In this document: positions 30,095-39,264 of the stretch, one piece after another | Position numbering within the stretch: position 1 is the first letter of the stretch | How the letters are laid out: the number at the start of each line of letters is the position of its first letter | The notes under the pieces: generated by a model | The model's input: the letters and a program-made list of their open reading frames with translations, nothing else | Database searches by the model: none | Told to the model about the DNA's origin: nothing | NCBI GenBank assembly: GCA_963782525.1 | Contig: CAWAKC010000004.1 | Location: forward strand, 32,001-96,000 | From: Candidatus Bathyarchaeota archaeon | GTDB taxonomy: Archaea; Thermoproteota; Bathyarchaeia; Bathyarchaeales; Bathycorpusculaceae | Direction of reading: 5' to 3' | Length of the DNA stretch: 64,000 nucleotides | Translations under genes and position numbers: made by a program

Positions 30095-30871
30095 ATGAAA
30101 CAATTTCTTCTAACTCCCCAGGCAGGAAAACGTTTAATCGGCAGAACCTTGGCAAGTCACCCAGTCATCATAAAAGCACTAAAAAATGGAACCGTGGTAA
30201 TTGTTGCTGGAACAACAAATGGTTATGTAGCTGAAGAAATCCTCAAGATTCACAAAATAGCTGATGATTTCTCAAGAGAACACTTTTTCCGGGGTTTAAC
30301 TTTGCCTCCATCCAAAAAGGTGTCCTTGGAAGGCAGGTTAGAGGATGAAATCAAGTTTCCTGGCGACGTCGTGATAAATAGGGGCCTTTGGAAAAGAGGA
30401 AAAACAATCGCTGATGTAATTGACTCTCTAAAAGAAGGGGATGTTATCTTAAAAGGAGCAAATGCCCTGGATCTAACGCGTAAGCAGGCCGCTATTTTGA
30501 TTGGTCATCCCAAAGCAGGAACCATCGGGTTAGCAATACCTGCGATTGTGGGCCGCCGAGTCAAATTGATTATTCCGGTAGGTTTAGAGAAACGGATAGA
30601 TGGCGATTTAAATGCTCTTGCTGAGATGCTAAATACCCCTGGAGCGTGCGGGTATCGTTTGCTTCCCGTCAACGGAGAAGTGTTCACGGAAATAGATGCC
30701 CTGACGGCTTTGACTGCAGCCAGCGTGAAGTTAATTGCCGCTGGCGGAATTTGCGGTGCAGAAGGCGGATGCTGGATAGCTGTCACTGGCGAAAAAGAAC
30801 AAGAGGAATTTGCCGAGCAAATAATTGCCTCGGTGGCGGATGAACCGCCGTTTAGCATGGATTTCCTTTAG
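30095..30871 (+). CDS. Conserved hypothetical protein
   Basis: [42 protein letters not shown]. Confidence 0.7.
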   Translation: MKQFLLTPQAGKRLIGRTLASHPVIIKALKNGTVVIVAGTTNGYVAEEILKIHKIADDFSREHFFRGLTLPPSKKVSLEGRLEDEIKFPGDVVINRGLWKRGKTIADVIDSLKEGDVILKGANALDLTRKQAAILIGHPKAGTIGLAIPAIVGRRVKLIIPVGLEKRIDGDLNALAEMLNTPGACGYRLLPVNGEVFTEIDALTALTAASVKLIAAGGICGAEGGCWIAVTGEKEQEEFAEQIIASVADEPPFSMDFL

Positions 30872-30876
30872 TTTCT

Positions 30877-31080
30877 TTATTCTTGGCCATGATGCATCAT
30901 GCCCATTCCCATACCCATGCCTTTTCTTCTTTCTCCCATGTTTTTTCTCCAGATGTCAGCGCCCTGCGAAGCTAAATCCATCATCATGTCAATGTCTTGT
31001 CTAACTAGATCCATCACTGGCTTGTTTAGTTCCATTTCAAAGGTAAACTTTACTTTACCCGCTTTTTCTACTGTTTCCAT
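30877..31080 (-). CDS. Small protein with Met/His-rich tail
   Basis: Ends KGMGMGMGMMHHGQE; strong GGAGGTGG RBS. Confidence 0.65.
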   Translation of the reverse strand: METVEKAGKVKFTFEMELNKPVMDLVRQDIDMMMDLASQGADIWRKNMGERRKGMGMGMGMMHHGQE

Positions 31081-31290
31081 AAATCCACCTCCTCAAGAAT
31101 CAAAAAACGATCAATAAAACTACCTTATTGGTTAACGATTGCATTCTTAAACGTAAGTGGCTGTATCGATACAACAACAGTTCAAATGTGGCATCAACTT
31201 TTTGGGGTTTGGTCTTCTTTTGGTTTTTGTGTCAAACTTTATATATTGGGCTGGATAATCCATCCAGATATAAGGGGTTTAAAGGAAAAA

Positions 31291-32277
31291 ATGAACAAAA
31301 AAGTTACAATTTCTATTGTCGCAGTATTAATAATCGTCGTAATAGTTTCTGGCGCTTTCATCTACACCAACAACAATGCAGGTTCAAACAAAACGGGTTC
31401 CCAAAACCTATCTGTAATAGACGATGAAGGATACACAACTAATTTCGCCTCAGTTCCTCAAAGAATCATTTCGCTAGCTCCAAGTAACACTCAAATCCTT
31501 TTCGGCATTGGCGTGGGCGACAAAGTTGTAGGTGTTACCGATTACGATCACCTCCCTTACAATTTCGCCGCATGGATAGCCGCAGGCAACATGACAAGTG
31601 TTGGAGGCTTTTCCACACCTAACAAAGAAGCCATCGCTTCACTCCACCCAGATCTAATTCTCGCCACACCCATAAACGATCCTGACGTTGTCACACTCAG
31701 AAGCTTAGGCTACAATGTGTTGGTCTTAAATCCCAACGATGTTAATGGGGTGCTCAAAGATATCACAATGGTTGGCAAAGCAACAGGAGGCGACCAAAAC
31801 GCAACGACATTAGTGAATTCCATAAACAATAAAATCGCTTCCATAGAATCGAAGATAGCAGCCGCGAATGAGACTAAGCCGCTGGTTTACTATGAGGTCT
31901 GGTATCCCGACCCGTTAATGTCGGCAGGTTCAACATCATTTATCAATGATGTAATTGCAAAAGCCGGAGGAATAAACATCTTCGAAAACGAAACACAGCA
32001 ATATCCTACCGTCAGCTCAGAGACAATTGTTCAAAAGAACCCTGATGTTATAATGCTACCAACCGATATGGCAAACCCAGGAGACACACCGTTCTATGGA
32101 AGTGTAGCACAGGTAAAAGAAAGACCTGGCTGGAGTTCAATTAGTGCAATTCAAAACAATCGAATAATCGTCGTCGACGGAGATCTATTTGCTGAAGCAG
32201 GTCCCAGAATCGCCGAAAACATTGCAGTCGCTGCCCAAGCTTTCTACCCAGACCTTTTTAACTCCACTTCCCCTTAA
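31291..32277 (+). CDS. btuF: Corrinoid ABC transporter substrate-binding protein
   Basis: PQRIISLAPSNT, VVGVTDY, AGGINIF, NPDVI, GPRI; cobalamin-gene context. Confidence 0.85.
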   Translation: MNKKVTISIVAVLIIVVIVSGAFIYTNNNAGSNKTGSQNLSVIDDEGYTTNFASVPQRIISLAPSNTQILFGIGVGDKVVGVTDYDHLPYNFAAWIAAGNMTSVGGFSTPNKEAIASLHPDLILATPINDPDVVTLRSLGYNVLVLNPNDVNGVLKDITMVGKATGGDQNATTLVNSINNKIASIESKIAAANETKPLVYYEVWYPDPLMSAGSTSFINDVIAKAGGINIFENETQQYPTVSSETIVQKNPDVIMLPTDMANPGDTPFYGSVAQVKERPGWSSISAIQNNRIIVVDGDLFAEAGPRIAENIAVAAQAFYPDLFNSTSP

Positions 32278-32296
32278 TCTTTTTTTGTGTTAAGAT

Positions 32297-33379
32297 ATGA
32301 CTGCGGACAAAGTAGAGATTAAATATTCAAAGCGCCATTCAAGATGGAAACTGATCTTATTAGCTTTGATAGTTGCGCTCATTGCTGCGATAGTTCTTTG
32401 TTTAAACATAGGTTACGCACCAATCAATTTCTCAGATATTATTACAATATTGGGCAAGCAAATTCCTTTTCTTAACGGCTCAATAAACTCTTCATCAGTA
32501 TCAACCGTTGATCAAGCAATAATTCTCCAAATCCGTCTCCCCCGAATTCTAGCAGGTGCTATTGTAGGAGCAGGTTTAGCAGCCGCTGGTGTCATGTACC
32601 AAGGCGTCTTTAGAAACCCGATGGCTGATTCCTACCTTTTGGGTGCTTCAGCGGGGGCATCTTTGGGCTACACTCTAACTGCGATTTATGCAGGCTCTCT
32701 TGCTCTAACTTTATTTGGACTTGGAGTATTTCAGGTAATTGCTTTCATAGGTGCTGTTTTAACAGTTTTCCTTGTTTACTTTATGTCCCGTGTTGGAAAC
32801 AAGGTGCCGATAACTACACTTCTGCTCTCAGGTATCGTTGTAAACATATTCATTTTGGCACTTCAAACAGTATTTGAGCTACGTTCTGGTAAGGCTCTAA
32901 TAGGTATTATTGCTTGGATAGCAGGTGGATTTTCAAACATTACTTGGTTGGACATTTACGCTGTTTTTCCATTTGTTTTGATTGGGATTGTTCTTGCATA
33001 TTTTTTTACTAAAGATCTTAACATGCTCTCTATGGGTGATGATACAGCACAACATTTGGGCGTTAACACTGAAAGGGTGCGGCAAATTCTTTTGCTCATA
33101 AGTTCTTTAATAACAGGCGCGGTTGTATCTATCAGCGGGGTAATAGGGTTCGTTGGGCTAATTATTCCACACATGACCCGACTCGTCATTGGACCTGATC
33201 ACCGAATTCTTCTTCCCACATCCGCAATTGTAGGAGCTATTTTCCTAATTCTCTGTGATTCTCTAGCTCGTGTTGCAACCGGAGCATCAGAGCTGCCAGT
33301 GGGAGTCATAACTGCTTTAGCTGGAACCCCATTCTTTATCTATCTGCTTAGGAAAAGAAAAACAAGTTACTCACTGTAG
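32297..33379 (+). CDS. btuC: Corrinoid ABC transporter permease (FecCD/BtuC)
   Basis: IRLPR, FRNPMAD, GVIGFVGLIIPH, ELPVG. Confidence 0.88.
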   Translation: MTADKVEIKYSKRHSRWKLILLALIVALIAAIVLCLNIGYAPINFSDIITILGKQIPFLNGSINSSSVSTVDQAIILQIRLPRILAGAIVGAGLAAAGVMYQGVFRNPMADSYLLGASAGASLGYTLTAIYAGSLALTLFGLGVFQVIAFIGAVLTVFLVYFMSRVGNKVPITTLLLSGIVVNIFILALQTVFELRSGKALIGIIAWIAGGFSNITWLDIYAVFPFVLIGIVLAYFFTKDLNMLSMGDDTAQHLGVNTERVRQILLLISSLITGAVVSISGVIGFVGLIIPHMTRLVIGPDHRILLPTSAIVGAIFLILCDSLARVATGASELPVGVITALAGTPFFIYLLRKRKTSYSL

Positions 33380-33394
33380 GATGGCTGATGGAAC

Positions 33395-34747
33395 ATGGTA
33401 CTGCTTAGCGTAAATGGAGTTGAATGCCGCTATGGTTCGGTGAAGATACTGGAAGATGTCAACTTTACCGTCAACGAAGGCGACTTCGTGGGAATAATTG
33501 GACCCAACGGCTCAGGAAAAACTACCCTGCTAAAGAGCATCAGCCGAACCCTCAAACCCTACAATGGAACCATAATCCTCGATAAATCCGACATTTACAG
33601 CTTGAAAAGCGTAGATTTAGCCAAACAAATGGCAATAGTTCCACAAGAAAGTAACATAGGCTTTAGCTTCAGTGCTTTAGACATCGTGATGATGGGACGC
33701 AACCCACATATGAAAAGGTTCCAAATGGAATCGGATACCGACTTAACCATAGTCCGCAAAGCAATGAACCGAACCAACACTTGGCATCTAGCGGACAGAC
33801 CGATAAACGAATTGAGTGGTGGAGAAAAACAACGTGTCGTCATCGCCCGTGCATTAGCTCAGGAACCCAAGGTTCTGTTGCTTGATGAACCGCTTACGCA
33901 TCTGGACATGATTAACCAGCTTGAAATTATGGACCTTGTGAAAGAATTATGCATTAAGGAACGATTAATTGTTTTAGAAGTTATCCATGACTTAAACCTG
34001 GCAGCACGCTACTGCAGCTCGATTTTGCTTCTTAAGGATGCAAAGATTTTTGCTGCGGGACCCGTAGAAAATGTTCTGACAAGTGAGAATATAAAGGCTG
34101 TTTTTAACGTTGACGCAATCGTCAAAAAAAGCCTTGTCACGAATTCTCTTTTCGTAATTCCACTCACTCTCCAAAAGCCGTCGATGCCACGCAACTGTGC
34201 TATCCACCTTATTGCAGGAGCGGGCACGGGAACAGTTGTTATGAAGGCGTTGGTGGATGAAGGCTATCAAGTAACGGCTGGGGTACTCAACATGCTCGAT
34301 ACAGATTACGAGACTACTGAGCTTCTCAAAATTCCAACGGTTAGCGAAGCGCCTTTTTCACCCATAACTGACCAGTCAAAGAAACTGCTTCATGAAATGA
34401 TAAAAAAATCTGCTATCATTGTGGTGACGTCGGTTCCGTTTGGTTATGGTAATCTCTCTAACCTAGAGACGGCGCTTGAAGCGGTTAAACAGGGCATCAA
34501 AACTTATGTCATCGATGAGGTGCCTATTGAAAGTCGCGATTTCACAGCTGGCAAAGCTACCGCCTTGATGGCTGAATTAAAGAAAGAGGGTGCGATATTC
34601 ATCAAGCATCCTTCCGAGCTTCCAACGCTCGTTAACGCTACTCACGCACAGATGGAATTGCTAAAGAATCCCCCCAAGATTCCGGGACATGTAAAGGATG
34701 CATCCGAAGTAATCACTCAGTCTGCTAATCAAAAAGAGGTAACTTAA
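33395..34747 (+). CDS. btuD: Corrinoid ABC transporter ATPase with C-terminal extension
   Basis: GPNGSGKTT, LSGGEKQR, LLDEP, HDLNLA; extra HLIAGAGTG...EAPFSPI domain. Confidence 0.88.
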   Translation: MVLLSVNGVECRYGSVKILEDVNFTVNEGDFVGIIGPNGSGKTTLLKSISRTLKPYNGTIILDKSDIYSLKSVDLAKQMAIVPQESNIGFSFSALDIVMMGRNPHMKRFQMESDTDLTIVRKAMNRTNTWHLADRPINELSGGEKQRVVIARALAQEPKVLLLDEPLTHLDMINQLEIMDLVKELCIKERLIVLEVIHDLNLAARYCSSILLLKDAKIFAAGPVENVLTSENIKAVFNVDAIVKKSLVTNSLFVIPLTLQKPSMPRNCAIHLIAGAGTGTVVMKALVDEGYQVTAGVLNMLDTDYETTELLKIPTVSEAPFSPITDQSKKLLHEMIKKSAIIVVTSVPFGYGNLSNLETALEAVKQGIKTYVIDEVPIESRDFTAGKATALMAELKKEGAIFIKHPSELPTLVNATHAQMELLKNPPKIPGHVKDASEVITQSANQKEVT

Positions 34748-35851
34748 TTGTCCTCAAAAGAAGAAGCCATACAAAATTTTGGCGCCGAGAAATACGGCAA
34801 CAAACTTGACCACTTCATCTGGTCATGCACCCGAGCTTACCCAGTAAAACACGCTTTCTCTCTTGGTGACGGAAAACCCCTTCCCAACGAATTAGCAACC
34901 GCAGAAGCGAAGGTTATGCTAAAGAAGGTGGCGGATTTTGGGGTAGACAACATTTTCATTTCAGGCGCTGGCTGGACAGGCGAGCCGTTGATGCGCAAAG
35001 ACTTTATAGAAATCATTCGCTATGTTGCTGAATTAAAACTGTCTCCTTACGTGAAGGTTACTGGTTGGCACTTTACTGCTAAAGTTGCCCAAGAGCTCGC
35101 CGATGCAAATTGTAAGGCCATTATCTGTTTTGCTGGGTTACAGGAAGTTGATGCTAAACTGCGTGGAAAAGGCGCTTTTGAAGATGGTATTAACGCTGTC
35201 ACTTTGTGCAGAGAATTCGGTATTCCATTCGCCATGAGCGTTATCAACACAAAATATGTTGCCAACCAAGTTTCAGATTTAGTTAAACTTGCAATCACGT
35301 TGGGAGCACGCAGCTTCCATCTGGCCTCCCTTATTCCTCAGCCAATAGACGTTGAAAACCAGTTCAAGATTCTTGGACCACTCGAGCCAACGCCCCAACA
35401 AAGAGAAGACCAGCTCAACGAAATCTATGATCTTAACAAAAAAGTCCAGGACAAAATCCTCATCGTACCCTATGAAATGTTCAACAACCGCGTACTCAAA
35501 ACCAAAGAGCCCTCGCGCGAACTAAGGAGCACCTGCAGCATGTGCGATAACCTCAAAAAATACGAGTGGCTGGAGATTCTCGAAGACGGAAAAGCATACG
35601 CTTGTGCACCGTTAAACTTGGAATTCGGCGATATACGAACTGATAGTATACAGCAAATCATGGATCGCATGCCCAAATCTAAAGAACTGATGAGGTTAGC
35701 AGACCGTAATAACCTCAAGGGCAAATGTGGTTTATGCGAATTCAAAATCATCTGCGGGGGCTGTCGCGCCCGGGCTTACATCTTTAGCAAGGACAGTTTA
35801 AACCAGGACCCAGCATGCGTCTATCGACCAGCCGCGTTCGGAAAAAATTAA
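34748..35851 (+). CDS. Radical-SAM-fold/SPASM protein lacking the CxxxCxxC motif
   Basis: TRA-Y-PVK-H-AF-S in place of CxxxCxxC; ELATAEAK; TGEPLMRKD; intact SPASM KCGLCEFKIICGGCRARA...DPAC. Confidence 0.8.
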   Translation: MSSKEEAIQNFGAEKYGNKLDHFIWSCTRAYPVKHAFSLGDGKPLPNELATAEAKVMLKKVADFGVDNIFISGAGWTGEPLMRKDFIEIIRYVAELKLSPYVKVTGWHFTAKVAQELADANCKAIICFAGLQEVDAKLRGKGAFEDGINAVTLCREFGIPFAMSVINTKYVANQVSDLVKLAITLGARSFHLASLIPQPIDVENQFKILGPLEPTPQQREDQLNEIYDLNKKVQDKILIVPYEMFNNRVLKTKEPSRELRSTCSMCDNLKKYEWLEILEDGKAYACAPLNLEFGDIRTDSIQQIMDRMPKSKELMRLADRNNLKGKCGLCEFKIICGGCRARAYIFSKDSLNQDPACVYRPAAFGKN

Positions 35852-35854
35852 GAA

Positions 35855-36496
35855 GTGACTGAAATGGCAAAAGATGGCAAGATTGAATCATTTGCTTTCC
35901 TCAAAAAACAAGCTTTCGAATTGGGTGCTGAAGACGCCAAAATCATTCCTGTTAAAAAAATCGTCATCGAAGACCGTGTAGTTTTCAAATGCCAACTCGG
36001 CTGCGAAAAATACGGAAAAACCTTAGCCTGCCCACCTCACGCTCCCACGCCTGAGGCATTTCGAAAAATCGTCAGTGAGTATCACTATGCCCTGTTCATG
36101 AAATTTAAAACGAAGGTCGAGGGCGATTCAGATCTGATAAAGTATCTTTCCAAAGCTGATGAACCCTCCATTCCAGCAGATATGAAGTTGAAAGTGGAAA
36201 AATTCTGGTCTGGCTGGAAAGATGAGATGAAAAAACTACTCGATGTTGTTCATGACCTTGAAAAATCGGCTGCAAAAGGAGGATATCTGCTTGCTGCTGG
36301 CTTGGTTTCCGGTGCATGCCAATTGTGCGAAAAATGCAACGTTGAAAAAGGAATTTGTATTCACCCAACTATGAAGCGGTATTCAGAAGAAGGCGTCGGA
36401 GTTAACGTTAAGGCAACTGCGGAAAAAGCTGGAATAAAATTCACTCTTCCGTTTGATAAGAATCCTGAAACCTTCGCTTTGCTCTTAATAGATTAG
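35855..36496 (+). CDS. DUF2284 family metal-binding protein
   Basis: KCQLGCEKYG..LACPP, GACQLCEKC...CIHP..RYSEEGVGVNV. Confidence 0.85.
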   Translation: MTEMAKDGKIESFAFLKKQAFELGAEDAKIIPVKKIVIEDRVVFKCQLGCEKYGKTLACPPHAPTPEAFRKIVSEYHYALFMKFKTKVEGDSDLIKYLSKADEPSIPADMKLKVEKFWSGWKDEMKKLLDVVHDLEKSAAKGGYLLAAGLVSGACQLCEKCNVEKGICIHPTMKRYSEEGVGVNVKATAEKAGIKFTLPFDKNPETFALLLID

Positions 36497-36582
36497 ACAA
36501 GACTAACTTGACACGCACGTTCCGAGCTAACCTTAAGTAACAAAAACTGAACTTTCATTAAAAATTAAAAGAGGGCTAACCG

Positions 36583-37686
36583 ATGAAGATGGACACAGGA
36601 ATAGAGAACATTATAGCAGAAGTCAAAGATCAAACTCTTGTTATATGGTCAAAAAAACCCCTCAGGATTCTCAGCTCTGCCCTTTTGAATGGAGGTTTGG
36701 TTGAGGCAAATGGAATTATCAACGTTCAGGTTCCTGAAGGCTCTGGCAACGACCAGGACGATATGCACTGGAGTGGTCCCGAAAACTTTTTGGTAAATGT
36801 AGCAAACCAACTTCAACTTCCAAAGGACAAAGTAGTTGGGTTGATGACTGCTGCCAAAATGAAGAACGTGGTTGCATTTACCGAAAAATATGATGCTGTA
36901 ATCTTGACAGTTTTCGTGACAGCTGGCGCAACTGTGGCTGTGGCAGCAGGTGAGCCGGCAGCTTCAAAGAGTCAACTCAAAAAAATCGGCACCATAAACA
37001 TCATAATAGTGGTTGACGGAAATTTAACAGACGGCAGCATGGTGGAAGCCGTAAAAACAGCAACTGAAGCAAAAACTGTCGCCATACGTGAATTGGATAT
37101 TAGAAGTCGTTTCTCAGGCGACCTTGCTACAGGAACATTGACGGACAGCCTTGCAGTAGTTTGCACCAAAAAAGGTGAACCGATACAGTATGCTGGAACC
37201 TTCACGATTATTGGCGAGTTGATTGGGAAGTGTGTGCGGGAAGGAGTGAAAACGGCAATTTATAAACAGGAAAACATTTGGCCTGACCGACCGCTCGTAA
37301 CTAGGTTGGCGGATAGATGCCTCTCGATTGAAACCATCATAGTCCAAGCGTCTGAGGGAAAAATAACGAGCAAAAACCCTCAGTATAAGGCGCTCCAAAA
37401 ACAGCTTGAATTGATACTTTCAGACGGGAAAATCTCATCATTTGTCATTGCCGCCTTGAGGCTTGATGAAGATTTAGCGAAAGGACTGTTCCCCAAAAAA
37501 ACAGCTGAAACCGTTGACCAGACTTCTTTTGAGATGATTGTTCAAGCAGCGTCAAAGTGCCCTTTGGAAAATTTGGCAAACTTTGCCTTTGACAAGGCAA
37601 AGCCTGAAGATGAAGGACAATTAGGGCCATTTACGAAATGCGCTTTGCAGGCTATCCTCCAAAAAGCCCGTTCAAACATTACCTGA
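36583..37686 (+). CDS. cbiZ: Adenosylcobinamide amidohydrolase CbiZ with C-terminal CobZ-like extension
   Basis: LSSALLNGG, GLMTAA, GTINII, TEAK, ATGTLTD. Confidence 0.85.
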   Translation: MKMDTGIENIIAEVKDQTLVIWSKKPLRILSSALLNGGLVEANGIINVQVPEGSGNDQDDMHWSGPENFLVNVANQLQLPKDKVVGLMTAAKMKNVVAFTEKYDAVILTVFVTAGATVAVAAGEPAASKSQLKKIGTINIIIVVDGNLTDGSMVEAVKTATEAKTVAIRELDIRSRFSGDLATGTLTDSLAVVCTKKGEPIQYAGTFTIIGELIGKCVREGVKTAIYKQENIWPDRPLVTRLADRCLSIETIIVQASEGKITSKNPQYKALQKQLELILSDGKISSFVIAALRLDEDLAKGLFPKKTAETVDQTSFEMIVQAASKCPLENLANFAFDKAKPEDEGQLGPFTKCALQAILQKARSNIT

Positions 37687-37758
37687 TTGTTTTTGCAGTT
37701 CGTCTTGCCCTTGTGACATAGAAAAGTATTACTGATTCCTTAAAGGGTATGCATAGAT

Positions 37759-38460
37759 ATGGATCTGTCGTCGATAATATTTATCCTTCTCACTGGGCTA
37801 GGATTAGGTTTAGCACATTCGATGGATCCAGACCACATCGTCGCCGTTTCTACTCTAATGTGCAACAACAAAAGTCTCCGCAAATCCATAGCCTCCGCCA
37901 CCATTTGGGGATTTGGGCACTCAGCAGTTCTGTTCATTATCGGATTATTGGTTCTCACCCTAAGTGTTGTGATTCCCGAAACAGTCGTTCACTTGTTTGA
38001 CGCAGCCGCTGGAGTTCTGCTAATAATCCTTGGCGCATACGTGTTAAGACCATTAATTGCTCAAAGAATCCGTCCCAACCAAAATGTCCATGAACATACC
38101 CACATCCATCCACATACGCATCCGCATTCCCATAATCACGAGCACGACAACGAAGACCATCATGGACACGCTCACCTGCATAAATCAGCCCTAACAGGCG
38201 CCTTGCAGGGACTGGGAGGAAGCGCCGCCCTAATGCTGGTTACGCTATCAACCGTGAATTCAGTTGAGATTGGAGCGGTCTTCATTTTTCTCTTCGGCGT
38301 TGGCGTCATTTTGGGCATGGTGGGGATTTCATGCGTGGTCGGGTCTGTAATGGCTTATACAGCTTCAAACCTTGAAAAAGTAAACAAAATAATCAAAGCC
38401 CTCACAGGCTCAGCAAGCATCGTTATCGGCGTAGTAATTATCGTATACGCTTTGATTTAG
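37759..38460 (+). CDS. His-rich Ni/Co transporter (NiCoT/UreH-like)
   Basis: HSMDPDH, WGFGHS, central HEHTHIHPHTHPHSHNHEH loop, GLGGSAAL. Confidence 0.85.
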   Translation: MDLSSIIFILLTGLGLGLAHSMDPDHIVAVSTLMCNNKSLRKSIASATIWGFGHSAVLFIIGLLVLTLSVVIPETVVHLFDAAAGVLLIILGAYVLRPLIAQRIRPNQNVHEHTHIHPHTHPHSHNHEHDNEDHHGHAHLHKSALTGALQGLGGSAALMLVTLSTVNSVEIGAVFIFLFGVGVILGMVGISCVVGSVMAYTASNLEKVNKIIKALTGSASIVIGVVIIVYALI

Positions 38461-38631
38461 AAACATTTGGTTACATCAACATTTTTTCTGCGAAGTCAAA
38501 GATGCATAAAACAATTTAACATAGTTCTTAAAACTTAGGTGGAACCCTACAAACAGTTAGCTTTTCTTTTACTTTAGCAAAAATTAAAAAAAGGGAATGT
38601 GTTGGGGATAATCAACATTTATGCGGTTAAT

Positions 38632-39189
38632 TTAACTGGTTGTAAAAAGCGAGTCGTTGAGTGTAGGATTCACTTGAATATCGTAGATAACGATCGATGC
38701 ACCGCTTGGGGCAGAGTATGAATAACTTGTTTGGCCAGTCCAGTTAATTAGAGCAGTTTGGTAGTCAGCGAACGCTACAATATAAGACGAATCATTGTTG
38801 AAGTCACTTGATGTCCATGCGCCATCATTAATCTTGAGGGAGGATGTTTGAGTGCCAAGGTCTACGATGTAGCTGTAGTTGCCTGCGCTGCCGCCTAGTA
38901 TGTCCATTCTTAGCACTTCGGTTGTAGTGTTTACGTTCTTAGCTGCAAAGTTGTAGCTTACTAGTTGTCCGCTGGTGGTTTCGTTAACTTTGAATTGCAG
39001 TGTACTCGCGCCCACAACAGATGGGGCAGGTGTTGGTGAGGGTGTAGTTGTCGGGTTTGTTGTTCCGCCGCCTCCATTATTCATCAAAACATAGGCGGAT
39101 ACTCCAGCAATGATTATCACAATCACTAAAACCGCAACGATTAGGTACATATTTTTTTTATTCATCGAATCACCGGTTTTTTCTGACAT
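38632..39189 (-). CDS. Secreted/membrane-anchored hypothetical protein
   Basis: N-terminal TM, Pro/Thr linker, C-terminal VNPTLNDSLF. Confidence 0.7.
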   Translation of the reverse strand: MSEKTGDSMNKKNMYLIVAVLVIVIIIAGVSAYVLMNNGGGGTTNPTTTPSPTPAPSVVGASTLQFKVNETTSGQLVSYNFAAKNVNTTTEVLRMDILGGSAGNYSYIVDLGTQTSSLKINDGAWTSSDFNNDSSYIVAFADYQTALINWTGQTSYSYSAPSGASIVIYDIQVNPTLNDSLFTTS

Positions 39190-39264
39190 TCTCTTTGGAT
39201 TGAAATTAGATATAAGGTTTGTCCAGAAAGCGCTAAACCGCTTAAAAAGGATACATAAAAAAAA

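Noticed and set aside
31081-31290. Cobalamin riboswitch upstream of btuF
   Set aside because: No B12-box or conserved core recognisable; the TATA box lies only ~45 nt from the start codon
38085-38180. Tandem DNA repeat (CAT/CAC-rich)
   Set aside because: Explained by the His-rich loop of the Ni/Co transporter
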